Shown piece after piece: positions 50,192 through 63,930 of a stretch of DNA of 64,000 bases. The notes beneath the pieces were generated by a model that saw only the letters and a list, made by a program, of their open reading frames with translations, was not told where the DNA came from and searched no databases. Position numbers and translations under genes: made by a program. This DNA is from Chiloscyllium plagiosum. Taxonomy: Eukaryota. The stretch is taken from the NCBI RefSeq assembly GCF_004010195.1, contig NC_057718.1, positions 34,082,384-34,146,383 of the forward strand, given 5' to 3'. Positions within the stretch are counted from its first letter, which is position 1; every line of letters begins with the position of its first letter.

Positions 50192-52129
50192 AATGTGCCA
50201 GGACCTCTAACTGATTCGTGCCTTCATGGACTTTGAGTACTAAACTCTTCAGGTTTGAGACAGGATCATTTGCTTTTTGAATGAATGTTGTGTTTTCCAC
50301 ATAAAGTGCTGGCACACAATGCAGCTGTGAGGTGGATGTAGCATGGTATTATACAGCAAGCTGTCTCAGAAAGTGTTGTAGAAACTCAGCAGGTCTGGCC
50401 GCATCTGAGGAGTGACAAAACAGAGTTAATGCATTGAGTCTAATGTGACTCTTCAAGACTGGCATTCCAGTGCTCTGTTGGTGGTGTCATGTTTTCATTC
50501 AGAAATTCAAAAAATCAAGTCCCTATAAGTCACCTCCATGGATCCAAAACATCTCATAGTACTACCTGTATTTTGAAGAAAATCGGGCAGGGTGGGGGGA
50601 AGAGGAGGAGGTGTTATTCCTCATGTCTGGCAGTATTCAGTCCTGAATCAACATCATAATAACGGGTTATCTGGTCATTATCACATTACTTTCTGTGTGA
50701 TCTTGCTGCGTGCAAACTGTCTATTAGGTTTCCTACTTTACAATGGTGATGACATTCAGAAAATGTTTAGTTGGTAATAAAGTGCTTTGATAGGCTTGAT
50801 AATCATGAAAGATACTATATAAATACACATCTCTTTTCGTTTCTCTCTGAATGCATTTGCAGGGGCTAATGCAATATATAAAATTACATTATGAAGTTTT
50901 CATGTTCAAAAAGATTTAAATTCCAGGGTTTATGCTTTGCTAACCATGATAAAACAAAAATGTAAAATTATGTATGTAACTTGAGAGCAAATTTCAGATA
51001 TCTGCCTCACAAAATAGACTGCCAGATGACTATTTCTCTGATGTCAACAATGCATTTTGTTCTGAGTATGTTTGCAATACAGTGCCTGGCTTTGTAAACA
51101 ATATGCTTTTGAAAAAGAAGGATAATTAGTGGTTAGTAAATATATTTAGCCAGTGATAAAGCCAGTGGATAATCTTGACATGCTGTAATAAAAAGCCCTT
51201 TAGCCTCACATAACATCAATTCAAGAGGAAAAGCAAGACAAGTATATTTAATGGTACAGGCACAAATAAATGTAATCTGAGATTACAGATGAGGTACTAA
51301 TTTAATCAGTGTTTCATCAGTGATTATCCAAACTGGTTCTACAGCAGTAACTGTTAATTAGTGTCTGAGATAAATATGTTGGAGAGATTAAACAGCTTTG
51401 AAGAAATGGGAAAGTATGAGAGATGCAGTCTGTTTCCTTAATACCCTGCTTAAATTGACAAACAAATGTTGGATTTATATTCTAGTTCTGCCAATTCCAA
51501 CATTCAATTGGGTATGATGATTTTTCCCAGAGTATTAAGTGAGCATTACCTTTCTTCATATTCTGGCCTTTGGACTTACTGATTTAGAATTCCATTCAAA
51601 AAACAATAAGCAATATCGTAATTTTAATGAATAAAACTGGGTCAATTTTCCCCTGAATCTGGAGTTCAAAATGTACTCCCTTTATAAAGCATTCCCATTT
51701 GCAGAAATATGGGTATACAGTTGACACTAAATGTGGTATCATGAATAGTTTGCACAATATAAATACCAAGTTTGGCTTCAAACCCTCAAATAAAATCAAA
51801 ATACTGTGGATGCTGGAAACCTGAAATAAAAACAGAAAGTGCTGGAGAAATTCATCAGATCTGGTAACATTTGTGGAAAAAGGAACATTTTGAGTCCAGG
51901 CGGATGCTGGCAGACCTGCTGAGTTTCCCCTGCACTTTCTGACTTTAAATCCTGCTCTTGACTGATGCTAGTACCTGGTCATCCTCATTTTGACAGATCT
52001 TCTCCATGCACTTTTGCTGTTGTATATTGTCCTTCCTCAGCTCTAAGATCAGCTCTTTGGACTTAGAAGGACCTGCAGAACTCATGATCAGTGAAACAAA
52101 ATTTCCTAGATGGACAATTATATTTGTTA

Positions 52130-52357
52130 AAAAAGGGGGAGAAAGTGAAGACTGCAGATGCTGGAGATCAGAGTCAAAAAGTGTGGTGCTGGAAAAGCAC
52201 AGCTGGACAGGCAGCACCCAAGGAGCAGGAGAGTCGACATTTAGAGCTTAAGCTCTTCTTCAGGAATGAAGAGTTTATGCTCGAAACGTTGACTCTCCTG
52301 CTCCTCAGATGCTGCCTGACTGGCTGCGCTTTTCCAGCGCCACACCTTTTGACTGTG
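52130..52357. mobile_element. PLE-derived foldback unit
   Basis: About 90-bp inverted arms; stem II variant GAGC-TTAA-GCTC; approximate TSD AATTATATTTGTTA/AATTATACTTATTA. Confidence 0.82.
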
Positions 52358-54503
52358 AATTATACTTATTAGCAAATGATTGCTGATAACAATTATCCTT
52401 CAAATATGAAGATTTTGTTTCACAAGAAGTAAACAATAAGGAGTTGGAAGAAAAATTAAGTTAGAAGTGGAGACATACCTCCACTGAATAGAAAACGTTT
52501 GGACATAGTCCAAATCAGCACAGTGCCTTTGCATCTAAAACTAACCTGAGGTGAATGTTTTGCCACATTCTGATGACTCTTTAAAACTATGACATTCCCT
52601 CAGGAAAACTTAATTAAAATGTTTTCTTAATAATTGCTTAAAAACCAAACAAAATGGAAATAATATTCATATGCAAAGTAATGCAGCTGGGAATAGAGCA
52701 TTTCTATTCCTTGTACAAAGGAACTTGTAATTTTACAATGGGATTACAGATATGGTGCTTAAACATCTCCAGAGGCTGCTGCAAAACATATTAATTTAAT
52801 GGATATCTGTGTTATGCTTACGAGGTGCTTTGAAATGTTGATTCCGGTACTTAATTGCTGAGCTTTGGGTGATCTGGAGTCTTTGGGTGACATCTGTTAA
52901 ACACAAACTGTCATCTGTCTGTTTAAGATATGTCGGGGGAATGGATATCAGAACAGGCCGGTTGGAGTCGAGAGAGTTGACATGCATGGAAATGTGTCTC
53001 GTGTGTGTGGATTGCATATCAATGGTTTGTTTGAGATTGATTGTTTCTGAAAGGAGCACATTTTGACTCTTAAGATCATGTAGCAGTTCATATAAAATCC
53101 TTACGTCCATAACAATGACTGTAGAGCAGGTCTTTGAAAAAAAAATTCAGTCTTCTCTCTGGACACCAGTGCTCTGGTCCAGCAGTGCTGACAGTCTGAA
53201 CTTTGACAGTGACTATCAACAGGTTGTGTTGCCAGTCAGGGTTATCATAACTTATTGGTCTTGTCCTCACCTGACATTCATATAAGCATCATCAGTAGAT
53301 AGTGTTCAGCAGTAAGATGCCTGCCTGCATTTTTCCTTTCTTTCTGTTCACTGTCTACAGTGCTATGGCCTCATCCATGATTTGAACCCAGAGCTTTCAA
53401 AGTTTCTACTCTCATCAAATAGGGGAAAATTTATATAACCTTCACTGACAGAAGCACCTTTAATACCAGTTATATTTATACTGTATATTCTTTACCACAA
53501 AGATCCATTTTGAAAGCTTTTAAAATCAGTGAACATTAATCATGGTAGCTGCTCCTTGAATCCACTACAGCCAGGTCACCTCCTCACTGATCACACCAGC
53601 TATGTGTCATCACATCACTGTGCATATAAAAAAAGCTTCCTCACAGTTGTTCCCTTGGAATGAAGTCTTTTTGCTACATTACCTTTCAAACAGAAAGAAA
53701 AACAAAGTCACCATTTACTTTTGTGCATAACTGACTGAACAATTTGGATTTTCCACTCAGCTTGCTCCAAAGCTCATTAATAAATGCTGCTTCAAAATCC
53801 CATTGACTGGAGTATCAGGAAGATTCTGTTGATCTCTGCAGGCAGTTGGGCATTTTTAGGATTTCACCTGTTCATAGTAGGCAGAGTGATGGATTCCTAA
53901 AGAAAAACTCCCTTTACCTACTGTTACAAGGTGGATACCTGAAGACGTATTGCTTGTCGGCACGACATGGCATCATAAAACCATCTGTTACTGGCCGAAT
54001 TTGAAAATATTCCCTGCATCTTGCAAAACTTATGACTCACTATATCAGTTATCATGACTGTTACTGTGCTGTGGCTGAGGTAGTGCAGAACAGGGAAATG
54101 AACAACTGTTATTGTTGTTGCTTTGTCTTGTGAAGAGTTTTTCCAATGTGTAGTTTTGGATTATGCTAGTAAACTATGTATGGCAGATTCATTGTTAGAA
54201 AGATATATTTCATCTTCTTATGTTCTCTTCTTCATTAGCCTCCCCATTTCCATTCACCACACACCATATCCAAGAACAAAATTTCATGTTGGAACCAATA
54301 GTATAGTGACGTGGAATGAATCAGACAGACATGCCACTTTCAGATCAGAGAATATCCAAAGAGAAGGAAAATAGGTTCCCATCATTAAAATGCATCTAGT
54401 ATTTTCCTTATTGGGATGATGCCTTTTGGTGCTATGGTAAACTATGGATTTTCTGGATTAAAGAAGAAAATATTGATTATCACTTTTGCTCTTTTGTCAA
54501 CAG

Positions 54504-54559
54504 AAACCACACTTCCTTTGTACATGCAAGAAGTAAATTCTGCACGTCTTAAAACTAAG
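54504..54559 (+). CDS. Candidate internal exon (56 nt; xTTLPLYMQEVNSARLKTK), product unknown
   Basis: Acceptor CTTTTGCTCTTTTGTCAACAG, donor AAG|GTGAGA, only one of three frames open, non-repetitive context. Confidence 0.4.
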
Positions 54560-54574
54560 GTGAGATATTACAAT

Positions 54575-54799
54575 TGAAATAACTCCACAAAGGCCGGAAT
54601 CCGGTCACCAAGTCACCCTTTATTTACACGTGGAACATTCTTGACACCGATCCAGCCCCCTCAGAGCCAATTCTCAGAGTGAACATGATGTCTGCCATTG
54701 CTATTTGTATCTGTCAGCCAGGTTCTCTATCGGGCTAGATTAATAGCCCCAATCAGGGGCTATGAGGTCCATCTGGCTGACCTTGTAACAATAACTACA
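54575..54799 (-). mobile_element. Solo LTR (225 bp)
   Basis: TG...CA termini, exact 5-bp TSD ACAAT (54570-54574, 54800-54804), AATAAA on the minus strand. Confidence 0.75.
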
Positions 54800-55194
54800 A
54801 CAATAAATGAAATGAATGAATATATCTTTTTAAAAAAGCATTCATGGGATGTGGGTGTAGCTGATAAAGTCAACATTTATCATTCAGAGGGCAGTAAGAA
54901 TCAACCACATTTGCTGTGGTCTGTAGTCACATGTAGGTGAGGTAAGAATGCCAGATTTTCTTCCTAAAGAGCGAGACATTAACCAAACAGATAGATTTTT
55001 ACAATATTCAGCAATGGCTGAATGGTGAACATTTGACTGGCTTTGAATTCCAGATTTTTTTGAATCAAATTTTGATGATCTACATCATGGAATTTGAACA
55101 CATGCTCCCAGCACATCAGCATGAGGTTTTGGATTACTAGCTTAGAGACATTAGCACTACACCACCATGACTTCTGAAGTGAAGCTCAGTTATG

Positions 55195-55880
55195 TTAAGG
55201 CATGACAAATTGCCAGGATCTGACAGGATACATTTGATCCTAATGGAAATAGGGAAGAAATTATGGGGGCCTGAAGAACTATATTTTAAAGATCGTTGAG
55301 AATGGATGTGTACCAGAGGACTGTAAAGTGACCAAGTGCCATTTCTAAAGGAAAGACAAAACTAACCTGAGTAATACAATTATTTTCAGTGATAGGGAAA
55401 ATTTGGGAATCTTCAATTAAAGAAGAAATTAAACATCTGGGTGAAGACAATATAACACAAAGTAGTCAACATAGCCTTCAAAGAGGAAGAGCAGGCTTGG
55501 CAATGCTCTTTAGAGAACTTACACGTAATTAAATGGAGGAAATGAGCAGATGTCATGTACAGTTAGTTCTGCTGTAATGCGGTGGTTCCTGTCTCGTTCA
55601 ATCCCATGTTATAAAAAAAACATGAAATAGCATTTAAACTAATGGGGCTGGAATCGCGTCATAACCAATACACGGTTTAAACCTTCACACTTTAGAAACA
55701 GTGTCCCCAATTCGTCAATCGTGTTATAGTGAATTTGTGTTAACAAAACGCGAGTTATAGCAGAATGATCTGCACTTGAATTCTCTGAAAGCTTCAACAT
55801 AGGACTTTCAAGAAGACTGTTGGAGAAGATTAAAAGATTTATAGTTAGGAGACGAGTGATCAGATTAAATCTGATAAAAA
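55195..55880 (+). mobile_element. Very old CR1 RT fragment
   Basis: Degenerate VPEDCKVT, SQHSLQRGR motifs. Confidence 0.5.
55560..55772. mobile_element. Tc1/mariner-pogo (Tigger-like) MITE
   Basis: TIRs CAGTTAGTTCTGCTGTAA / TTATAGCAGAATGATCTG; TA on the left flank (CA on the right). Confidence 0.6.
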
Positions 55881-56439
55881 TGGAGGAAACCGAAAATATT
55901 TGTAGAATTGTCGAAACTCTCTGTCCAGTTTTGTTCTGGTCCTCTCTTGTTCACTGTTCAATTAGTTAGATATAAGGCTGGAGGGATAGGGGTCAAATGG
56001 CCCTTGGTTCCAAATAGGAGGAATGGTAAATGATTCTGAGGAGTGAAGCATGGAGGAATATTGATCGAATGGAGTTGGAGAAAGCTGACAGATAAAACCA
56101 AAAAGCTGCAGATGCTGGAAATCTGAAATGAGAACATAAAGTGCTGGAGAAACCCAACAAATCTGGCAGCATCTGTGGTGAGAGACTGAATGAAGTGGAT
56201 GAGTGGGAGGATATGGGAATTCCCATTCACAAGAAATTAAAAGGAGCATTATCAAGTAGACAAGATTTTGAAAAGAAACAATTGAAATTATAGGTTTTAT
56301 AAAAACAGATAAGCCACACAATTATAGAGACATAATATTGAATCCAAATAAGGCCATTATAAATCCATGCTTGCCCTATTTTGTGCATTTCAGCGAAGAA
56401 ATATGTAAAATTATGGAGTGCATGGAAAGTGTAGATTTT

Positions 56440-56730
56440 TGGAGTCTTTTTTCCCAGGGGGAAAAGTACTAGGGGGCATAGATTAAAGGTGAAAGGAAAG
56501 ATGTGCGAGGCAAAATTTTTTTAATAGAAGTTGGTAGGTACCTGGAACATGCTGTCAGGGATGTTGGTACAAGCAGATACATTAGCAAAGTTTAAGAGGC
56601 ATTTAAACAGACATATAAACAGGCAGGGACCATATGCAGGCAGAAGGGATTAGTTTACAATGCTATCATGGTCAGCACAAAAATGGTGTGCCAAAAAGCC
56701 TGTTTCTGTGTTGTAATATTCTATGTTCTA
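56440..56730 (+). mobile_element. CR1 3' end
   Basis: TRGHRLKVKG, KFKRHL; TTCTATGTTCTA tail. Confidence 0.75.
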
Positions 56731-56784
56731 AGGGCAGAATATTCAAGTCAAAGAAAATGGTGCAGTGTAGGTTCCCCAGAACCT

Positions 56785-59362
56785 ACAAGCACTAGGAAGG
56801 AAATTGAAGTACAGGTCCTCAAGGGTCATAATCTCCAGATTACTGCCCGAGTTACATGCCAATTGGCATAGGGATAAGAAAATTAGGGAATAAACACGTG
56901 GCTAAGGGATTGGTGTGGGAAAGAGGGATTCCACTTCATGGGGCATTGGCATCAGTTTTGGAACTGGGGAGATCTGTACCATTGGGACGGTCTCCATCTG
57001 AACCGATCAGGTACCAATGTTCTAGCAAAGAGGATAATTAGAGTGGTCAGTAGGACTTTAAACTTCTGAGTTGGGGGGAAGGGAAAGTGAAAGCGACAGG
57101 GAGTATGGAGTTAAATGGAAAGATAAGTGGCAGGATAGCATATGTGCAGGCGGATTTAAACTTGATACAGACTGGGAATGCAGCAAAAAGGAAGGATAAC
57201 TTAGAACATCTTATGACTTCCAATATCTGTAATGATAAGAAAGTTATCATTAAGGCACTTTACCTGAATGCTCGTAGCATTCGTAACAAAGCAGACAAAC
57301 TAATGGCACAGATCATCGTGAATGACTATGATGTGGTAGGCATCACAGAGACGTGGTTACGGGGTGGTCAGGACTGGCAGTGAAACATCCAAGGGTTTTC
57401 AACTTATCGATAAGACAGGGAGGTGGGCAGAGATGGCGGGGTTGCCTTGTTAGTTGAGAACAAAATTAAATCTATGGCACTGAATGACATAGCGTCGGAT
57501 GATGTGGAGTCTGTGTGGGTGGAATTGAGGAACCACAAAGGCAAAACAACCATAGTGGGAGTTATGTACAGACCTCCTAACAGTGGGTCAGGACCAGGGG
57601 CGCAACATGTACTGGGAAATAGAGAAGGCATGTCAGAAAGGCAAGGTCACGGTGATCGTGGGAGACTTCAACATGCAGGTGGACTGGGTAAATAATGTTG
57701 CCAGTGGATCCAAAGAAAGGGAATTCATGGAATGCTTACAGGATGGCTTTTTGGAACAGCTTGTCATGGAGCCGAAAAGGGAGCAGGCTATTCTGGACCT
57801 AGTGCTATGTAATGAACCAGACTTTATAAAAATTCTGAAAGTAAGGGAACACTTAGGAAGCAGCGCTCATAATATGGTAGAGTTCAGTCTGCAGTTTGTA
57901 AGAGAGAAGGCAAAATCGGATGTAATGGTGTTACAGTTAAATAATGGTAATTATGAGGGCATGAGAGAGGAACTGACGAAAATAGACTGGAAGCAGAGCA
58001 AAAATGGCAGGAGTTTGTGGGTAAAATTGAGGACACTGGACCCAAGAAGAGAAAGATTATCCGGGGAGGGATTAGACAGCCATGGCTGACAAAGGAAGTC
58101 AGGAATCTATCAAAGAAAAAGAGAGATCCTATAAAGTGGCCAAGAGCACTGGGAAATCAGAAGATTGGGAAGGCTACAAAAACAAACAGAGGATAACAAA
58201 GAGAGAAATAAGGANNNNNNNNNNNNNNNNNNNNNNNNNNNNNNNNNNNNNNNNNNNNNNNNNNNNNNNNNNNNNNNNNNNNNNNNNNNNNNNNNNNNNN
58301 NNNNNNNNNNNNNNNNNNNNNNNNNNNNNNNNNNNNNNNNNNNNNNNNNNNNNNNNNNNNNNNNNNNNNNNNNNNNNNNNNNNNNNNNNNNNNNNNNNNN
58401 NNNNNNNNNNNNNNNNNNNNNNNNNNNNNNNNNNNNNNNNNNNNNNNNNNNNNNNNNNNNNNNNNNNNNNNNNNNNNNNNNNNNNNNNNNNNNNNNNNNN
58501 NNNNNNNNNNNNNNNNNNNNNNNNNNNNNNNNNNNNNNNNNNNNNNNNNNNNNNNNNNNNNNNNNNNNNNNNNNNNNNNNNNNNNNNNNNNNNNNNNNNN
58601 NNNNNNNNNNNNNNNNNNNNNNNNNNNNNNNNNNNNNNNNNNNNNNNNNNNNNNNNNNNNNNNNNNNNNNNNNNNNNNNNNNNNNNNNNNNNNNNNNNNN
58701 NNNNNNNNNNNNNNNNNNNNNNNNNNNNNNNNNNNNNNNNNNNNNNNNNNNNNNNNNNNNNNNNNNNNNNNNNNNNNNNNNNNNNNNNNNNNNNNNNNNN
58801 NNNNNNNNNNNNNNNNNNNNNNNNNNNNNNNNNNNNNNNNNNNNNNNNNNNNNNNNNNNNNNNNNNNNNNNNNNNNNNNNNNNNNNNNNNNNNNNNNNNN
58901 NNNNNNNNNNNNNNNNNNNNNNNNNNNNNNNNNNNNNNNNNNNNNNNNNNNNNNNNNNNNNNNNNNNNNNNNNNNNNNNNNNNNNNNNNNNNNNNNNNNN
59001 NNNNNNNNNNNNNAGGAAATTGTTTCCGTTAAGCGAGGAGACTAGGACCCGTGGGCACAGCCTTAGAATTAGAGGGGGTAAATTCAGAACAGAAATGCGG
59101 AGATATTTCTTCAGCCAGAGAGTGGTGGGCCTGTGGAATTCATTGCCACAGAGTGCAGTGGAGGCTGGGACGCTAAATGTCTTCAAGGCAGAAATTGATA
59201 AATTCTTGATGTCACAAGGAATTAAGGGCTACTGGGAGAATGCGGGTAAGTGGAATTGAAATGCCCATCAGCCATGATTGAATGGCGGAGTGGACTTGAT
59301 GGGCCGAATGGCCTTACTTCCGCTCCTATGTCTTGTGCTTATGCTTATGCTTACGCTTATAC
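56785..59362 (+). mobile_element. Long CR1 copy: ORF1 C-terminus (SGNH esterase-like), ORF2 APE endonuclease, C-terminus and 3' UTR (N gap 58215-59013)
   Basis: ORF1 DLYHWDGLHLNRSGT; APE LYLNARSIRNK, VGITETWL, GVMYRPP, IVGDFN, ILDLVL; RTRGHSLRIRGG; (CTTATG)n tail; stops and frameshifts present. Confidence 0.92.
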
Positions 59363-61087
59363 TTAATGTCATTTGGTATGAAATAAAAGATTGTCATGTC
59401 AGGAGCTTTAATCATTAGAACAAAGGAGATTATAAGATGTTTTGATAAAGGTGGTACAGATTAGATAGAAACAAATTGTTTCTAATGATTGAGAGGTCTA
59501 GAAACAAGAAGATTTTGATATGAGATTAAATGAAAATAATTTAGGTGAAACCTTATTTGCACAGAAGGTTATGAGGTCAGGAATGTTAATGACTAAAGCA
59601 GAGATCCTGCCAATATTTAAGAATAAATAGATGGATGGTCAAAAATAAAGGAAATTAAAAGATATGAAGAAAGGCAAATGCGTGAAATTCAGAAGGTTCC
59701 TTGTATAGGGGCTACTATAGACCAAGATATAAGAAGTTAAGAATTTAAGAAATTGGAGCAGCAATGGACCTTAAATTCACTTTTCTACCTACACAAACTG
59801 ACTGAGCTAAAGAGGTTGAGCCTGTTTTGATATTGTAATTTCTATGTTAAAAAAACCTGATAAAATCCATTGGTTGTTTAAATCGTTTTACATCTGACCT
59901 ATATGCTGAAATCTCGAGTAGAATAACACTAAATCTGCTTTTATACTCTTATACTCTTTGAGACTGATGTCTCAATACTGGTTCATATAATTTCCACTAC
60001 TAGATCTGACTCCTTTAACACGCCTAATCTTAAGCCATTTTCTTCCTGTGAGTCTACGATTCTGCAGCTGGGATAAGCAAGATGGATTTTGTCAGGTGCT
60101 AGGTCACAGATGTCAGATTTCAAGAATCTAACCAGCGTAAAAATATCTTCAGAGCCAGTATCACCCACCTGGCAGCTGAAAAGCTAACAGCCATTAATTT
60201 GAAATGTGTATACTTTGAAAGCTTCTTGCATCCCTTTCCCACTACATGTTGAAAGTGCTGATCCTAGCTTTGCTTTAAATCCATGGATGTGGTCACTTTT
60301 CTTGTTTGTTCCAATGAGCAAATCCTGGGTTAATTTCCTTCTTTAGTGAGGGTGTGCCAATGGCAATTGGTGAATTCATTAAACTGGCATGCAGTTCAAC
60401 TCAGTAAAGGAAGAACCAACCTTGTATCTCTGAATCAGTTACTGCCTTAAACAGTTGAGCCAAGTGGGAAGCTCAAATTTACTCTTGAAGGAAGTATTAA
60501 TACTGGAGTGTTAAGAAATCCTTTTGTCTAGTTTGCTAGGCTGTATGTGACACTGTGTTTGGGAAGTCAAATGAGTCATGTGGAATTCTCCACTGGTTGG
60601 TCCTGGGGAATTGCGCTGGGGAGGAATTCAACAAAGATAACTTGTAATTTCTGTTGGGTTACCACTGTCTTAAGTCTGCTAGGTAACTTGCCTCTGCACA
60701 GTAAAATACCTGTAAATCCATGGTACATCTATATATATATATGATTCTACAGCAAGAGTATCATTAAGATTGTGACGTTAAACTTTTGTGGTTTTGTTAC
60801 TGACATTCACAAAAGAATCTTGCAAGGCATAATTGCAATAGAAATGTTAATTTTTACTAGAGTAAGAAGATTGTTCAAATAATTTGGTCTTTTTCTCATT
60901 TCTGAAATCATGTGGCATCAAGAATCCCCACCATCTCTGTGGAGGTCATTAGCTGAATACTGAAGCATGACTTTCAATTCTCCTTTCTTTATACGCCAAT
61001 TAAGTTTTAATGAATTTCCATTTACTTTACTGGCATTGCAGAGAGAAGAAATATGCTTTACTTAACCACTTTTTTGAATACATTTAG

Positions 61088-61750
61088 GGTCATAGAGTCA
61101 TAGAAATGTACAGCATGGAAACAGACCCTTTGGTTCAACTTGTCCATGGTGACCAGATATGCTAATCTAATCTAGTCCCATTTGCCAGTACTTGACCCAT
61201 ATCCCTCTAAACCCTTCCTATTCATAAACCCATCTAGATAAACGTTGCAATTTAAATGTTGCAATTGTACCAGCCTCCACCACTTCTTCTTGCAGCTCAT
61301 TCCATACAGGCACCACCCTTTGTGTGGAAAGGTTGCCCCTTAGATCTCTTTTAAATTTTTCTCCTCTCACCCTAAACCTAAGCCGACTAGTTCTGGGCTC
61401 CCCCACCCCAGGGAAAAGACCTTGTCTAATTACCCTTAAATGCCACTCATAATTTTATAAACCTCAACAAGGTCACCCCTCAGCTTCTGATGGTCCAAGG
61501 AAAACAGCCCCAGCCTATAGCTCAAATCCTCCAACCTTGGCAACATCCTTGTAAATCTTTTCTGAACCCTTTGAAGTTTCACAACATCCTAACCAATGTC
61601 CTGTGCAGCTGCAACATGACTTCCTAACTCCTGTATTCAATGCTCTGACTAATAGAGGAAAGCCTGCCAAATGCTTTCTTCACTATTCTATCTACCTGTG
61701 ACTCCAATTTAGAAACTATGAACCTGCACTCCAAGATCTCTTTGTTCAAC
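61088..61750 (-). mobile_element. CR1 family A 3' fragment
   Basis: FRVRGEKFKRDLRGNLSTQRVVPVWNEL; tail as in other family A copies. Confidence 0.88.
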
Positions 61751-61986
61751 ATTAGTTTATCAGAACAACATAGTGACATAATCAAAGGAGCTGGGAATGA
61801 TTAATGCAGTGAGATAGAGCTGAAAGGACCATTCATAATATAATAAGAAACACTTACTTATATTAATACATCTAGCAGTTGGCAAATCAGTTACTGGTAA
61901 CAATCAAGGCTCATAGCTATTTAAGAAAATACTGAAAAGAAAAACAAATTTCTGGTCACCTTGTGGACAAAGGCTCTGTTGAAGTA

Positions 61987-63335
61987 GTCATAGAATCATA
62001 AGCATGGAAACAGACCCTTCGCCAAACATGTTCCTGAAGTAAACTAACCCCACCTTCCTGTGCTTGGCCTACATCCCTGCAAACCTTATTCAGATGTCTT
62101 TTAAACATTGTAACTGTACATGCATCCATTGCTTTTTATGCCAGTTCATTACACACATGAACCAATCTCTGTGTAAAAAAAGTTGCCCCTTATGTCATTT
62201 TTTTTAAAGCTTTCTCCTCTCATCTTAAAAAAAATGCACTCTAGTTTTGAATTCCCCCATCCTATGGAAAAGACTCTTGTCAGTTCACCTTATCGATGCC
62301 CCTCATGATTTTACAAATCTCTATAAGGTCACTTCTCAACCTCCTATGCTCCAGTGAAAAAAGTCACAGCCTTTCCAGTTCATTTTTATAACTCATACCC
62401 TCCATTCCCAGCAACATCCAGGTAAACATTTTCTGAACCCTCTCTAGTTAAATAATATCCTTCCTATAACAGGGCGACCAGAACTGCACACAGTACTCCA
62501 GAAGAGGCTTCACCAACATTCTGTACAACCTCAATACAACGTCCCAAATCCTATGCTGAATAGTCTAAGGAATGAAGGCAATCATATTAAAGGCCTTGTT
62601 AACCGCCCTGTGTACCTGTGACACAAATTTCAAAGAATTATGTCCCTGAACACCGAGGTTTCTCTGCTTTTCAACGCTAGCCAGGTCCCTATCATTCATC
62701 GTAAAAGTCCTTTTTCGTATTACCAAAATGCAACGCCTCACATTTATCCCAAATTAAACTCCATCTGCCACTCCTCAGCCCTTTGACTTGCTTGATCAAG
62801 ATCTTTTTGTAACCTTAGATAACCTTCTTCACTGTCCACTATACTACCAATTTTGGTATCATCCATAAACTTACTAACCATGCCTCCTATATTATCATCC
62901 AAATTGTTTATATAAATGAGAAACAAAAGTAGACCCAGTATTGATTCTTGTGGAACACTGCTAGTCACAGGCCTTCAGTTCAAAAATCAATCCTCCACCA
63001 CCAGCCCATCTCCTACCGTAAAGCCAATTGTGTATCCAATTGGTAAGCGGACATGAATTCGATGTGATCCAACTTTAGTAAGTAGTCTACCACATCAAGC
63101 CTTGTCAAAGACTTTATTAAAGTTCGAGTGAACAATATCTACTGCTCTGGCCTCATTAATCTTTTTGGTTACTTCATTAAAAAACTCAATCAATTTTGTG
63201 ACACACAATTTTCCTCACACAAAACCATGCTGACTATCCCTAATCAATCCTTGCCTCTCCAGTTTATGTAAATCCTTTCCTTCAGAATCACCTCCAACAA
63301 TTTACCCACCAATGTCAGACTCACAGGTCTATAGT
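61987..63335 (-). mobile_element. CR1 RT region plus 3' UTR
   Basis: SSVPQESILGLLLFLIYINNLD, SKFMDDTKIG, WQMEFN. Confidence 0.88.
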
Positions 63336-63930
63336 ATTGCCTTATAGCAACAAGAATATTCTGTTTTTCTGGAAACAAAGGAAAACTGCACATTTTGGAA
63401 ACCAAAAATAAAACGGAAACTTAGGAATTGGTTTTTCTCCTTAGTTTATGACGATGTTTACCTATAACCACATGAGGAGGGGTGCATCATCTCCCCTTCT
63501 TTTTACTCCCTTGGTTGGCCACAACGATGGATTTCTAATTTTTTTTTAGCATGCAGCTACATCACATATCAGTTAAACACAGTTCACCAGTTCAGAAATG
63601 GTCAAGTCAATTGCAAGATTTCCTTGAATGAAAGAAAAGGAATTTTATTGCTTAATAATTCTGATAAAAATAATGAAATGCAACATAAAACATCCATAGT
63701 ATCGTGGGTATAAAATTTAAAAAAGGGGAGAGTGTCTACTACAAAAATGAAGAGCAAGAGGCTATGAGAAAAACAGTGATAGAAAGCAAGCCCTCCAGTT
63801 CTGCTGTTATGAATCTATCATCCTCTGTCTTTTTGCCCAAAAGCAGTTTCCAGGAATACTTTGTTCACTTGTGTTTGTCTGTGTCTGGCATCATTGATTT
63901 AGATAACCTGCAGCTGACTTTCATCCCAAG

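Noticed and set aside
52796..53110. 104-aa minus-strand ORF (MDVRILYELLHDLKSQ...)
   Set aside because: No recognisable domain and no linked exons; compatible with chance
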